Assembly: GCA_963789955.1 (NCBI GenBank)
Contig: CAWBMV010000022.1
Location: forward strand, 554,471-618,470
Direction: 5' to 3'
Length of the DNA stretch: 64,000 nt
From: an uncultured Candidatus Rokubacteria bacterium
GTDB taxonomy: Bacteria > Methylomirabilota > Methylomirabilia > Rokubacteriales > CSP1-6
The notes under the pieces were generated by a model. It did not search any database. It saw nothing but the letters and a program-made list of their open reading frames with translations, and had not been told where the DNA came from. The translations under genes were made by a program, and so were the position numbers. This document shows, in pieces, positions 31,313-41,974 of this stretch. Numbering within the stretch: the stretch's first letter is position 1; the number at the start of each line of letters is the position of its first letter.

Positions 31313-33041
31313 ATGGGCCTGATGAAAGAAGAGCGAGACACGACACCGCGAGCCGATCGGCTGACGATCGCTCGCGCCCTGCGCGAGATGGCCGGGCTGC
31401 TCGACGCCTCGGGTCAGGAGACTTTCAAGGCGCGCGCCTACGCGCGCGGCGCCGAGGTCCTCGAGCGCCTCGATGCCGATCTCGGTGAGCTCGTCGAGCG
31501 GCGCCGGCTCACGACCCTGCCGGGCATCGGCCCGGCGCTGGCCGCGATGATCACCGACCTCTACCGGACCGGCCGCTCGCAGACTCTCGAGGAGCAGCGG
31601 CAGCGCGTGCCGGCCGCCGCCGTCGAGCTGTCCAGGATCCCGCGTCTGGGGCTCGACAAGATCGCGGCGCTGCACGCCGCGCTCGGCATCCGAACGCTCG
31701 ACGACCTCGAGGCGGCCTGCGTGGCGGGCCGCGTGCGCACCGTGAAGGGCATGAGCGAGAAGTCCGAGCGCCGGATCCTCGAGGCGATCCGCAAGCTCCG
31801 AGAGCCGCAAGCGCAGCGCGTGCTCCTGCCCGAAGCGCTCGCGACCGCCGAGGCGATGCACAACCACCTCGTGAAGGCGCCGGGCACGGGGAAGCGTCGA
31901 GGCCGCGGGGGACCTGCGCCGCTGGGACGAGTCGGTCGATCAGCTCTCGCTGATCGTCGCCGCGGACCAGCCGGCCGACACGATGAAGCACGCGCTCCGG
32001 GCGCCGCTGCTCGCCGAAGTGACCTCGCGGGGCAAGCAGGTGCTGGAGGGACGCTTGGCCAGCGGTCTGCCGCTGCGGGTTCAGATCGTCTCACCCTCCG
32101 CGTACGCCTCGACGTTGCTGAGGGCGACGGGCTCCGCGGCGCACGTCGAGCATCTCGAGCGACTGGCGCGCGAGCGCGGCGTGGAGCTCAGCGGTGAGAG
32201 CGAGGCCGACATCTACCGCGGGCTCGGGCTGCCGTTCATCCCGCCGGAGCTCCGCGAGGACCAGGGGGAGATCGAGGCGGCGCTCTCGGGCTCGTTGCCC
32301 GCCGATCTCGTCACCGCGGAGGATCTCAAGGGGCTCGTGCACTGTCATACCGTGTTCAGCGACGGCCAGCACACCGTCGAGGAGATGGCGCGGGCCGCCG
32401 ATGCGCTGGGGATGGAGTACATGACCATCACCGACCATTCGCCGGCGGCGGCCTATGCGGGCGGCCTCTCGATCGATCGGCTCAAGGCGCAGTGGGAGGA
32501 GATCGCGCGCGTCCAGGAGCGCGTGTCGGTGCGGCTCCTGCGCGGAACGGAATCCGACATCCTGGCCGACGGCAGCCTCGACTATCCCGACGCCATCCTC
32601 GAGCAGCTCGACGTGATCATCGCGAGCATTCACCGCCGCCATCGCATGAACGCGGACCAGATGACCGAGCGCCTGGTCCGCGCGATGGCGCTGCCGTGCT
32701 TCAAGATCTGGGGCCACGCGCTCGGGCGCCTGATCCTCTCCCGGCCGCCGGTCGAATGCCGCGTCGAGGAGGTGCTCGACGCGGCGGCCGCCGGCCGCGC
32801 GGCCGTGGAGATCAACGGCGATCCGAAGCGGCTCGACCTGCCGCCGCGCTGGCTCAAGGCCGCGCGCGAGCGCGGCCTCCGCTTCGTCGTCTCGACCGAC
32901 GCGCACTCGGTGCCGGAGCTGCGCAACGTCCGCTACGGCACGGCCATGGCCCGCCGAGGCTGGATCGAGCGCGGCGAGGTGCTGAACACGCGGAGCGCCC
33001 AGGAGTTCGTCAAGCTGGTCGCGCCCACAGGCACGAGGTGA
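31313..33041 (+). CDS. polX: Family X DNA polymerase-like/PHP exonuclease (frameshift near 31890); polymerase Asp residues absent
   Basis: FKARAY, HhH LPGIG, ATGS, IPPELRE; PHP motifs HCHT..SDG, TDHS, STDAH. Confidence 0.85.
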
Positions 33042-33650
33042 GCCGGATCTTCCTGCTCTCGCCCGCCCACTGCGGCGGGCTCGCGCGCCCGGATGGTGCT
33101 GAGCGAGCGCGCGTCGTTCGACCTCGCCCAGCGCGTCCGCGTCGCGGGCGCTCCACTCGGCGAGGTCTTCTCGTTCCTGAGCGGTCTCTACTTTCGCGGC
33201 AAGCTGACCTACGCGCGCGCGTTCGCGAACGCCGCGGACGGCCGCGCCGGGGTGTTCGTCATCACGCCGACCGACGGCCTGCGCCCGGCCGACGAGCCGG
33301 TCGATCTGGCGCGGCTCCGGCGCTTCGCGACCGTCGACATCGCGGGTGACGATCCGCGCTATCGCGAGCCACTCGACCGCGACGCGCGACGGCTCGCCCG
33401 GCGGATCGGACCCGGCGGCGAGGTCGTGCTGCTCGGGAGCATCGCCACCGGGAAGTACGTCGAGCCGCTGCTGGCCGTGCTGGGCGAGCGGCTGCGCTTT
33501 CCGGCGGACTTCGTCGGCCGCGGCGACATGAGCCGCGGCGGGCTGCTGCTCCGCTGCGCGCGAGCCGGCACCGAGCTCACCTACGTCGGCGTGCGCGACG
33601 CCGTGCGCCGCGGGCCGCGACCGCCTCGGCTGCCGCCGCCGGTTCGATGA
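33038..33650 (+). CDS. Conserved hypothetical protein (frameshift near 33088)
   Basis: MSRIFLLSPAHCGG...FSFLSGLYFRGKLTYA...VVLLGSIATGKY...FVGRGDMSRGGLLLR; overlaps both neighbours. Confidence 0.65.
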
Positions 33651-34612
33651 CTCGGGCCGGCGCCGGGCGCCCCCGCGCGGCGAAGCCGACCCGCCGCGTG
33701 ATCCCGACCGACGTCGACACCGTCGAGCTGCGCGCCGGGCCGCGCTCGGTTCACCTGACCAATCTCCGCAAGCCGTTCTGGCCGGAGCTCGGCATCACCA
33801 AGGGCGACCTCTTGCAGTACTACGTCGACGTGTCGCCGGTGCTCCTGCCGCACCTGCACGACCGGGCCATGGTGATGAAGCGCTATCCCAACGGCGCCGC
33901 CGGCGATTTCTTCTTCATGAAGCGCGCGCCGTCGCCGCGGCCCGACTGGATCGAGACGTGCGCGATCGAGCACGAGTCGGGCAACGTGATCGATTTCCCG
34001 ATCATCCAGGATCTTCCCGCGCTGCTGTGGGTCGTGAACCTCGGCTGCATCGACCTGAACCAGTGGTACGCGCGGTGCGACGATCCCGATCGGCCCGACT
34101 ACCTGCACTTCGATCTCGATCCGGTGAAGGGGGCCACGTTCGCCCAGGTCAGCGAGGCCGCGCTGATCCTGAAAGAGACGCTCGACTCACTGAAGATGCC
34201 GAGCTATCCGAAGACCACCGGCTCGCGCGGCATCCACGTGTACGTGCCGATCGTCCGCGGGCCCACGCAGAAGGACGTGTGGTCGATCGCGAAGACGATC
34301 TCGATCTCGCTGGCCGGCTCGCACCCGCGCCTGCTCACCGCCGAATACCGGGTGGCCCGGCGGCCGACCGAGCGCGTGCTCGTCGACTACAACCAGAACG
34401 CCTGGGGCCGGACGCTCGCCTCGGTCTACTCCGTGCGCCCGCACCCGGCGGCCGCCGTGTCGACGCCGGTCGAGTGGTCGGAGATCGAGCGCGGCCTCCG
34501 GATCGAGGACTTCCGCATCGACAACGTGCCGGCGCGGGTGGCCGAGCGTGGCGACCTGTTCGCGCCGTTGCTGGCCACCCGGCGCCGGTTCAAGCTCGAG
34601 AGGCTGGCGTAG
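33647..34612 (+). CDS. ligD: Stand-alone LigD-type primase-polymerase (Prim-Pol) domain
   Basis: LTNLRK..WP, TKGDL..YY, RYPNG, FDLDP, KTTGSRGIHV, DYNQN...SVYSVR, VSTP. Confidence 0.88.
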   Translation: MTRAGAGRPRAAKPTRRVIPTDVDTVELRAGPRSVHLTNLRKPFWPELGITKGDLLQYYVDVSPVLLPHLHDRAMVMKRYPNGAAGDFFFMKRAPSPRPDWIETCAIEHESGNVIDFPIIQDLPALLWVVNLGCIDLNQWYARCDDPDRPDYLHFDLDPVKGATFAQVSEAALILKETLDSLKMPSYPKTTGSRGIHVYVPIVRGPTQKDVWSIAKTISISLAGSHPRLLTAEYRVARRPTERVLVDYNQNAWGRTLASVYSVRPHPAAAVSTPVEWSEIERGLRIEDFRIDNVPARVAERGDLFAPLLATRRRFKLERLA

Positions 34613-34621
34613 GACCGGGGC

Positions 34622-35215
34622 TTACAGCATCTCCTTGCGCGCCTTCTTGGCGCGCGCGGCCCCGATCGCGGTCTTCACTTCCCTTTCTTCCTCGGGCGGC
34701 GGCACCACGGCGGGCATGCCGAGCGACTCGATCCACAGCTCGCGGCACCAGCCGGTGGAGTGATAGAGGTGCTCATCCTCTTCGTCCTCGACCTGCTCGC
34801 AGGCCGCCATGAGCGTCTGCCGCAGCTCACCCTTCGACTTCTCGGCGATCTCGTGGATCAGCTCCCAGTTCAGGTGATCCTTCGTCTCGGCCTGCACGAC
34901 GCTCTCGCACGCGACGAGCTGCGCGGCTTCCGGCGGACCGCCTTCGAGCGCCATTTCCATGGCTTCGACCAGTGACTCGCCGATCTGGCGCACGATCAGC
35001 TGGCCCGGCGTTTCCATCTCGGGATCGAGCCCGAGCTTGTCCATCACCGCGAGGACGATCCGCTCGTGGTTGCGCGTCTGTTCGAGGTACTCCTGCCATT
35101 CCTTCTTGAGGTCGTCGTTGAGGACACATTCGAGCGCCGTGGTGTACACCTCGATCCCGCCGCGCTCGGTCTCCAGCGCCTGATACAAGAGCTCAGCGAT
35201 CTGTTCGTTCTTCAT
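34622..35215 (-). CDS. Ferritin-like (DUF892-type) protein
   Basis: QALETE, EQTRNHE, ETKDH, EDEEDEH carboxylate/His motifs. Confidence 0.75.
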   Translation of the reverse strand: MKNEQIAELLYQALETERGGIEVYTTALECVLNDDLKKEWQEYLEQTRNHERIVLAVMDKLGLDPEMETPGQLIVRQIGESLVEAMEMALEGGPPEAAQLVACESVVQAETKDHLNWELIHEIAEKSKGELRQTLMAACEQVEDEEDEHLYHSTGWCRELWIESLGMPAVVPPPEEEREVKTAIGAARAKKARKEML

Positions 35216-35264
35216 GGTTCCTCCTGGTCGAGCGACTTCGTCGTCAGCCGACCAGCCTCGTGCT

Positions 35265-35280
35265 GGCAAAGGTTGTGCCG
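35265..35280 (-). promoter_or_regulatory. Putative sigma54 (-24/-12) promoter of the ferritin-like gene
   Basis: Minus strand CGGCACAACCTTTGCC matches GGCAC-N5-TTGC, 50 nt upstream of ATG. Confidence 0.55.
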
Positions 35281-35423
35281 CCGCGGTCGAGGCGTGCCGC
35301 TCACCGAGCGTTCGTCTGGCTTTTCGTGCGCTCTGGAGCGCGGAGGAGGGGCCGAGCCCGATGCCGTGACGCGCGCATCGGCCGCGCGGGTCTACCCGGT
35401 CCGGCAAAGTTACCGGGTAATCG

Positions 35424-36302
35424 TTACGCCTTCCCGAGCGCGCCGACCCAGCGGACGAGGAGGTCGGCCAGCTCGCGCTCGTGTCCCTGAAAACCATGAC
35501 GGGCCCGCGCGACGACGGTGCCGGTGAAGGATCGGGCGCGCACCGCGTTTCGGCGAAACGCCTGGATGACCTCGGGCGCCGGGCGGTCGAGAAACTCGTC
35601 GCGGCTTCCGAGGATCGCGGCGACCGGGAGCCGCACGGCTCGGAACGTCGTCCACCGGGCGTTGTCCCGGTAGTACGGAAACACGTCCTCGACCTCGCCC
35701 GGACGGTAGAGGCTGATGTAGCGCCGGGCGCTCCAGAAGCCCCACGCCGGCGGGACGAGGCCGTCGGGGTCGCGCCGGGCGATCCGCTCGGCCGTGGTCA
35801 CCCGGCGACGCAGCTCGCGCCCGCCGACTCGCTTGGCCTCGGCCGCCACGTCGGAGACCGGCCCGATGAGCACGATCCCGCTGACCCGCCGATCGCGGGC
35901 GCGGGCCGCGTAGTGCAGGACCTTGTTGGCGCCGGTGGAGTGGCCGGCCAGGACGATCCGTCGGTAGCCGCACTGCCGCACGAAGGCGACCGTCGCGCGG
36001 ATGTCCGCGACGCTCTGCGTGAAGCGCTCGAACGCGGCACCGGCGAGATGTCGGCCCCGGCCGGCCACGACGTCGTGGCCGCGGTTGTTCAGCTTGAAGT
36101 AGGCGATGCCCGCGGCGTTGAGGCGTGTCGACAGCTCCCGCGTGAGCGGCTGGCCCGAGGAGAACACCGACCCGAGGCCGTGCACCCACACGACGGCCGC
36201 GCGGCGACGGCCCCGAGGCTCGGCGACCACGCCGTCGAGCCAGACGCCGTCTCGGGTCGCGATCCGGACGAGTGAGACGGGAACGCCGACCGATCGAGGC
36301 AT
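35424..36302 (-). CDS. Alpha/beta hydrolase, DUF1749-like
   Basis: VHGLGS, GHSTGANK, GSRDE, ARHGF. Confidence 0.75.
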   Translation of the reverse strand: MPRSVGVPVSLVRIATRDGVWLDGVVAEPRGRRRAAVVWVHGLGSVFSSGQPLTRELSTRLNAAGIAYFKLNNRGHDVVAGRGRHLAGAAFERFTQSVADIRATVAFVRQCGYRRIVLAGHSTGANKVLHYAARARDRRVSGIVLIGPVSDVAAEAKRVGGRELRRRVTTAERIARRDPDGLVPPAWGFWSARRYISLYRPGEVEDVFPYYRDNARWTTFRAVRLPVAAILGSRDEFLDRPAPEVIQAFRRNAVRARSFTGTVVARARHGFQGHERELADLLVRWVGALGKA

Positions 36303-36351
36303 GTCGATCCGCAGTATAATCGGCCAGATTTTCCGGTGGGGAGGAAGAGCC

Positions 36352-37632
36352 ATGCTGACCCACGAAGAGAACGAGCTCATCACCCGCATCGAGCCCGGAA
36401 CGCCCATGGGCAACACCTTGCGGCGTTACTGGATCCCGGCGTTGCTCGCCTCGGAGCTGCCGGCCCCCGATTGCCCGCCCGTCCGGGTGAGGCTTATGGG
36501 TGAGGACCTGGTGGCCTTCCGCGACACGGACGGCCGCATCGGTCTCCTCGAGGAGCTCTGCCCGCATCGCCGGGCCTCGCTCTTCTTCGGCCGGAACGAG
36601 GAATGCGGTCTGCGCTGCGTCTACCACGGCTGGAAGTTCGACGTCTCCGGCCGCTGCGTGGACATGATGAACGAGCCGGAGGAGCTCAGCTTCAAGCACA
36701 AGATCCGCCAGCCGTCGTATCCGACGGTCGAGATCGGCGGGATCGTCTGGGCCTACATGGGTCCGTCGGAATTGCAGCCGCCGCTGCCGAAGTTCGCCTG
36801 GACGCAGGCGCCGGCCACGCACCGGCACGTGTCGAAGGTGGTCGAGGAGTGCAACTGGCTCCAGGCGCTCGAAGGCGGCATCGACACGTCGCACGCGCCG
36901 ATCCTGCACCGTCTGCTCGTACCGAATTCCAAGCGCGGCGGGCTGAACCCCACGAGCGCGTTCGTGCGCGGCAAGGCGCCGTCGCTGGTCGTCGACCTGA
37001 CGGACTGGGGCTATCAGTACTCGGGCATCCGGCCGCTCGGCGAGGCCGAGATGCACATTCGCACCTATCACTTCGTGATGCCCTTCCATCAGATTCGCCC
37101 GTACCAGACGCATCAGGGCTTTCCCGCGGTCGCCGGCCACATCTGGGTGCCGATGGACGACGGCAACACGATGGTCTACAACTGGCACCACAGCACGACG
37201 GAAGAGCCGCTCGACGAAGAAGATCGGCTCGAGCGGCGCTCGGGCAACGGCCCGGTCCATGTCGATCAGACGACGTTCCGCTCGAAGGCGAATCGCCAGA
37301 ACAACTATCTCCTGGACCGGCAGGTGCAGAAGACCGAGACGTTCACCGGGATCGACGGCATCAACACGCAGGACCGCGGGATCCAGGAAAGCATGGGGCG
37401 CATCGTCGATCGCAGCAAGGAGCACCTCGGACCGGCCGACAAGGCGATCATCCAGGCCCGTCGCCTGCTGCTCGCGGCGGTGAAGACCGTCCGGGACGGC
37501 GGCACGCCGCGCGGGATCAATCCGACCTACTATCCGCTGCGGGCCTCAGAGGGCGTCGTGCCGCGCGATGCCGACTGGCGCGAGATCCTGACGCCCGAGA
37601 TGGCGTCGGCCGAGATCCTGAACACGGTCTAG
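36352..37632 (+). CDS. Rieske non-heme iron oxygenase (phthalate 4,5-dioxygenase/LigXa-like)
   Basis: CPHR...CVYHGW, EGGIDTSH..LH, QD..IQESMG, EHLG..D; TATAAT at 36315. Confidence 0.9.
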   Translation: MLTHEENELITRIEPGTPMGNTLRRYWIPALLASELPAPDCPPVRVRLMGEDLVAFRDTDGRIGLLEELCPHRRASLFFGRNEECGLRCVYHGWKFDVSGRCVDMMNEPEELSFKHKIRQPSYPTVEIGGIVWAYMGPSELQPPLPKFAWTQAPATHRHVSKVVEECNWLQALEGGIDTSHAPILHRLLVPNSKRGGLNPTSAFVRGKAPSLVVDLTDWGYQYSGIRPLGEAEMHIRTYHFVMPFHQIRPYQTHQGFPAVAGHIWVPMDDGNTMVYNWHHSTTEEPLDEEDRLERRSGNGPVHVDQTTFRSKANRQNNYLLDRQVQKTETFTGIDGINTQDRGIQESMGRIVDRSKEHLGPADKAIIQARRLLLAAVKTVRDGGTPRGINPTYYPLRASEGVVPRDADWREILTPEMASAEILNTV

Positions 37633-38983
37633 TTGGCCGCGACCGCCTGGCTAGGGCGCCGGCGCAGGATCACGGCGCTCGTGGCCGGCGCCGGAATGCT
37701 CCTCGCCGGGTGTGGAGCCGGGTCGTCCATGCTCGTGCCCTACCAGTTCGTCGACGAGTCCTTCACGGCCGCCGGTCCGGCGCGCGTGTCGGCGAGCGCC
37801 GACCAGGTCGCCGCGGGTGTCGACGGCTCCACGCTCGAGCCGGACGTCCGCTATCTCGCGGCCCCCGAGCTCCAGGGGCGGCTTCGCGGTACCGAGGGCA
37901 ATGCCCGCGCCCGCGCGTACATCGTCGCCAGCTTGAAAGCGGCCGGCCTCGCGCCGCTCTTCGGTGACGGGTTCGAGCAGCCCACCTATCCGAACGGTCG
38001 CGATGCGGGGCCCTTCGCGGTCAACGTCGGCGCGATCTATCGCGCGAGCGACCCGCAGGCGCAGCTGGATCGTCCTCGTCGCGCACCACGATCACCGCGG
38101 CGTGGTCGGCGGCAAGATCCAGGCGGGCGCCGACGACAACGCGAGCGCCGTGGCCCTGCTCCTGGCCGTCGCGCACTCGCTGGGCCGCACGCGTCCGCCG
38201 CTCAGGCGCCACGTCGTGCTGCTCTTTCCGGATGCCGAGGAGCCGCCCGACGTCCGCACGGAGCGCATGGGGTCGTCGTGGTTCTGGCGCAACCCGCCGC
38301 TGCCGATCGAACGGCTCGACCTGGCGCTGGTGTTCGATCTGATGGGCGGCCGCGCGTCGCCCGAGGTTCGAGCCGCGGGGCTCGCGGATGCGCTGTTCGT
38401 CCTCGGCGCCGAGGCGGACCCGAGCCTGGCCGCGCTCGTGCGCGACGTCGTGCCCGCGCCGGGGGTCGAGCCCGTCAGGCTGAGCCTGCCGATGATCGAG
38501 GCGATGCCGTATCGGCCGGGCACTCGATTCGCGCGGAGCGACTATCACGGCTTGCGCGAGGCCGCACCGCGACCGTTTCTCTTCCTGTCGACCGGCCGGA
38601 CCGAGAGGTATCACACCGCTTCCGACACGCCGGACACGGTGGACTACGATCGGCTGCGCGCCGTGACGCCGTGGGTGGCTCGGCTGGCGGTCCACGCGGC
38701 GGACGTCGATGTCGAGCTCGGGTGGCGCGATCTTCGCGCCGCGCCACGAACGGACGCGCGCGCCCTGCTGAGACTCTATGGCGCACTCGATACGAGCGCG
38801 CGCCTGCCGTGGCTCCTACGCCGAGCGCTGGCGGCGGATCGCCGCCGAGTGGAGCGCCTGCTCGAGAGCTGGGAGCACGGCGTCAGCCCGACGGTGCAGA
38901 GCTATCGCGTGCTGCAGCTCGCGTCGATCCGCGTCCAGGCGGCGATGTGGCACCCTTCGGGGTGGTGGTTCGCGCTGTGGTAG
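37633..38983 (+). CDS. M28 family metallopeptidase lipoprotein (frameshift near 38062)
   Basis: Lipobox LLAGC; AHHDH, GADDNAS, DAEE, DLMG, RSDY, YHTASD. Confidence 0.8.
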
Positions 38984-38985
38984 GT

Positions 38986-39447
38986 CTACGCGGTCTGCGA
39001 GACCGCGATGGTGCAGGGCCGCGAGTGAACGTTCTTGCTGGGCAGATGCCAGAGCTGTGTGCCCGAGAGTCGAAGACTCTTGCCGTCGAACTTGCCTCGA
39101 TAGCTCGCCTCGTAGCTCCACGTCTGGCCCCCGGCGGAGCCCGTCAGCGACACTTCGCCGCTCGGCGCGACCGTGCCGGTTCCTCGTTCGGTGACTCCGA
39201 GACGTCCAGGAGTGGTCGGCTTCAGGACTTCGCGCTGGTACTCGACCTGACCATTGGCGACCGTCAGGTAGAACTCAGTCTTGAGCGCCTGGGCGGTCTG
39301 CCCGGGGAGCGCGTCGCACGTGATCATGCCCGTGTAGCGTCCGTCGTAGTCGGCGGCGCCTGCGGCGCGCGACTGCGAGACGTGCGCGACGGATGGCCAG
39401 CCGAGTGTGGCGATGCCAAGCAGCACGAGCATGCGGCGTCGGTTCAT
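38986..39447 (-). CDS. Secreted hypothetical protein
   Basis: Signal peptide MNRRRMLVLL; beta-rich; two Cys. Confidence 0.6.
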   Translation of the reverse strand: MNRRRMLVLLGIATLGWPSVAHVSQSRAAGAADYDGRYTGMITCDALPGQTAQALKTEFYLTVANGQVEYQREVLKPTTPGRLGVTERGTGTVAPSGEVSLTGSAGGQTWSYEASYRGKFDGKSLRLSGTQLWHLPSKNVHSRPCTIAVSQTA

Positions 39448-39603
39448 GAGCCAATAGTAGTCGACTGATTGCGACCTGGCTTCCTGTCTTGCCTTGGTGC
39501 CGGTGTACCGCCACGGCATCCGTCCCCCGCAAGCCGGGCGGCGGTTCGATGAATTCACTGCATTCGCCGTGAGAACGCCGGCGCCGAGTCGCGCTCGACG
39601 TCG

Positions 39604-41847
39604 CTAGTGCGCCAGCGGATCGGGCCGCAGCTGGAAGTGCACGACCAGCGGGCTCGACAGCGTCTTGCCCGGCGCGCCGGGCTGGGCGCGTCGACGCCTT
39701 CGATGTGCATCGGCGTGCGGTTGCCGGAGGTCACCCAGAGGCCCCGGCCCTTCCAGCCGGCTTTCGGATCGTCGATGCGGCCGTCGACGCCTTTGGCGAA
39801 GAAGCCCATCGGGTAGGGGACGCGCAGCTCGACGACCTTCCCGTACGTCAGCGCGTGCAGTGAATCCGAGAAATTGCCGGTCCCGATCGGCGTGTTCGGG
39901 CCCGAGGCCCAGGATGTCGTGCTGATCGACCCAGGTGTAGTACGGCCCTTCGGCCGCGCCGTCCCGGCCGGCGAACGCCGGGCCCCGGGAGCGGATAGAA
40001 CGTCCAGCCCTCCGGGCACAGGTTCCCCTCCGCCGCGCCCGGCCCGTTGAGGCGGCCCCTTGCACTTGCGACGGTCGAAGCTCGCGATGTGACCGCTCGC
40101 GAGCGTCACCCACGCCACGCCGTGGCGGTCGATGTCGAAGCCGCGCATCCCGAAGCCGGGCGGCGGAACCTTGTAGACCTCGGCCAGCGCGGTCTCCGAT
40201 GGATTCGGCCCGGGCTGCAGCCGGAGGACGTAGCCGGGGTGGCCGATGTTCGATCCCCAGATCGAGCCGTCGACCGGGCTGTAGGCGATGCCGTAGAAGC
40301 CGAGCCCGATGCGCTTGTCCTTGCCGGGTCTTCCGGCTGATTGGGCTCGACCTAGGCGTCGCGCTTGCCGTTGCCGTTGGTGTCGACGATGAGCGGCGTC
40401 CAGCCCTGCGCCTTGCCCGCGTCGCGCGTCTCCCAGAACAGCTTCGTGTTGACCCAGCCGACGACGGCGAGCTCGTTCTGGAGGTTGTTGCTGAGCCACA
40501 GCGTGTTGTTGGCGTCCTCGGCGAAGTTCAGATGGTGCGTCCCGAAGCACGTGTCGATGAACGTGAACTGCTTGGTCTTCGGGTCGTACACCGTGACCTG
40601 ACGCGAGTTCTGCACGAACCCGTCGCGGAGTCCGCGTGAGCGGATACACCTTCGCCGACGGATGGCCCGACGCGGCCGCGCAGTACGCCGGCGGATTCTT
40701 GGGCGAGCGGATCTGCGCCGTGTAGTAGACGCGCCCGTCCTGATCCATCATCGGGTTGTGCGCGTTGACCCGCGAATCCCACACCTGCTCCGTGCCGAAG
40801 TAGGGCGACGGCGCCACGACCGGGTTGGCCAGCGCCGAGCTGGGCGCGTCCTGATCGCGGATCGGCACTTTCATGGTCGTCTTGGTGATCTTGACCGGAT
40901 CGAGGACCGGCAGGTCGTCCGTGCTCAGCTCGGCGGCGCCGTAGATCGGGCCGTAGGCGTTGACCGTGGGCTTCCGCCGGTCGGTCGAGCGTCAGGTCGT
41001 GGAGGTAGTACTTGGGGACAGCCAGTCGTACACGGTCACGACGAGATTGCGCTCCACGCCGTGCGGCCGCGACGGCACCGACGCCGGCAGCTCGCCGGCC
41101 TTGATGCGATCGGTCCACTCCGCCAGCCGGCGGAGGTGCCCGCCGTCCGGCGTGTTGAGGGTCGCGATGATGCTGACCATGCTGGTGCCGGCCGGTCCGG
41201 ACTGGAGCCGCCGCGCCCACGCGTCGATCGCGAGTTGTCGAACGTGCCCAGGGCCGCGGGAATCTCGCGCGTCGCCTTGTCGCCGAGCTGGTGACAGTTG
41301 CCGCAGCCGTTCAGCTGGACGGCGTTGAGCCACTGCTCCTGGGTCTTGAAGGCGACCGGCATGCCGTTGCCGTCGAGGCCCGTGCCGGGGAACAGGCTCT
41401 TGTCCGGAATCTTCGAGCATCGAGAACCAGTAGATGGCCGGATAGTATTCGCGCCGCGGCCGCCGCGCTCGGCGCGGGCACCGCGGTGCAGGTTCACGAT
41501 CCGGCCACGCTGCGCTCTTGACCTTCGGCGAATCGACGAGGCCGTAGCCGCGCACCCACACGTTGTAGGTGGCCTGCGGCAGGTCGGGGATCACGTAGCG
41601 GCCGCGCTCGTCGGTGACCACGATCTTGGCGAACCGGGTGCCCGAGCTCGGTCGTCTCCGCGATCACCCAGACGCCGGCCTCCGGCCCACTCGTGCCGGT
41701 GACGACCCCGCCGATGTCGTCGGCACCGATTTGCACTCCGCTCGGAGCGCTCGGCTGAGCCGACGGTTGGGCCGTCAGCCAGACGGACAGCATCACGGCG
41801 AGTCCGATCACCAGGGCTCCGGAGTAGATCGATCGCGCGTTGATCAT
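39604..41847 (-). CDS. Exported carboxypeptidase-regulatory-like domain + c-type heme + beta-propeller protein (many frameshifts)
   Basis: DDIGGVVTG..GPEAGVWVIAET, VTDERGRY, WVRGYGLVDS, CGNCH, NPMMDQDGRV, DTCFGTHHL, RVPYPMGF, FQLRPDPLAH across shifting frames. Confidence 0.7.
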
Positions 41848-41974
41848 GTCGGTACCTCGCGGCTCGTCAGATCATTGGCGCCATGCTTCGTCCGATGCGC
41901 GCACGATCCGTCCGAACGGCGAACCTGTCAAGCCTTGACAGGGGTCGCGGTGCCGAGCCACGATCCATCGCGCC

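Noticed and set aside
35393..35419. Hairpin TACCCGGT/ACCGGGTA as intrinsic terminator
   Set aside because: Long loop and no U-tract on the relevant strand; too weak to call.
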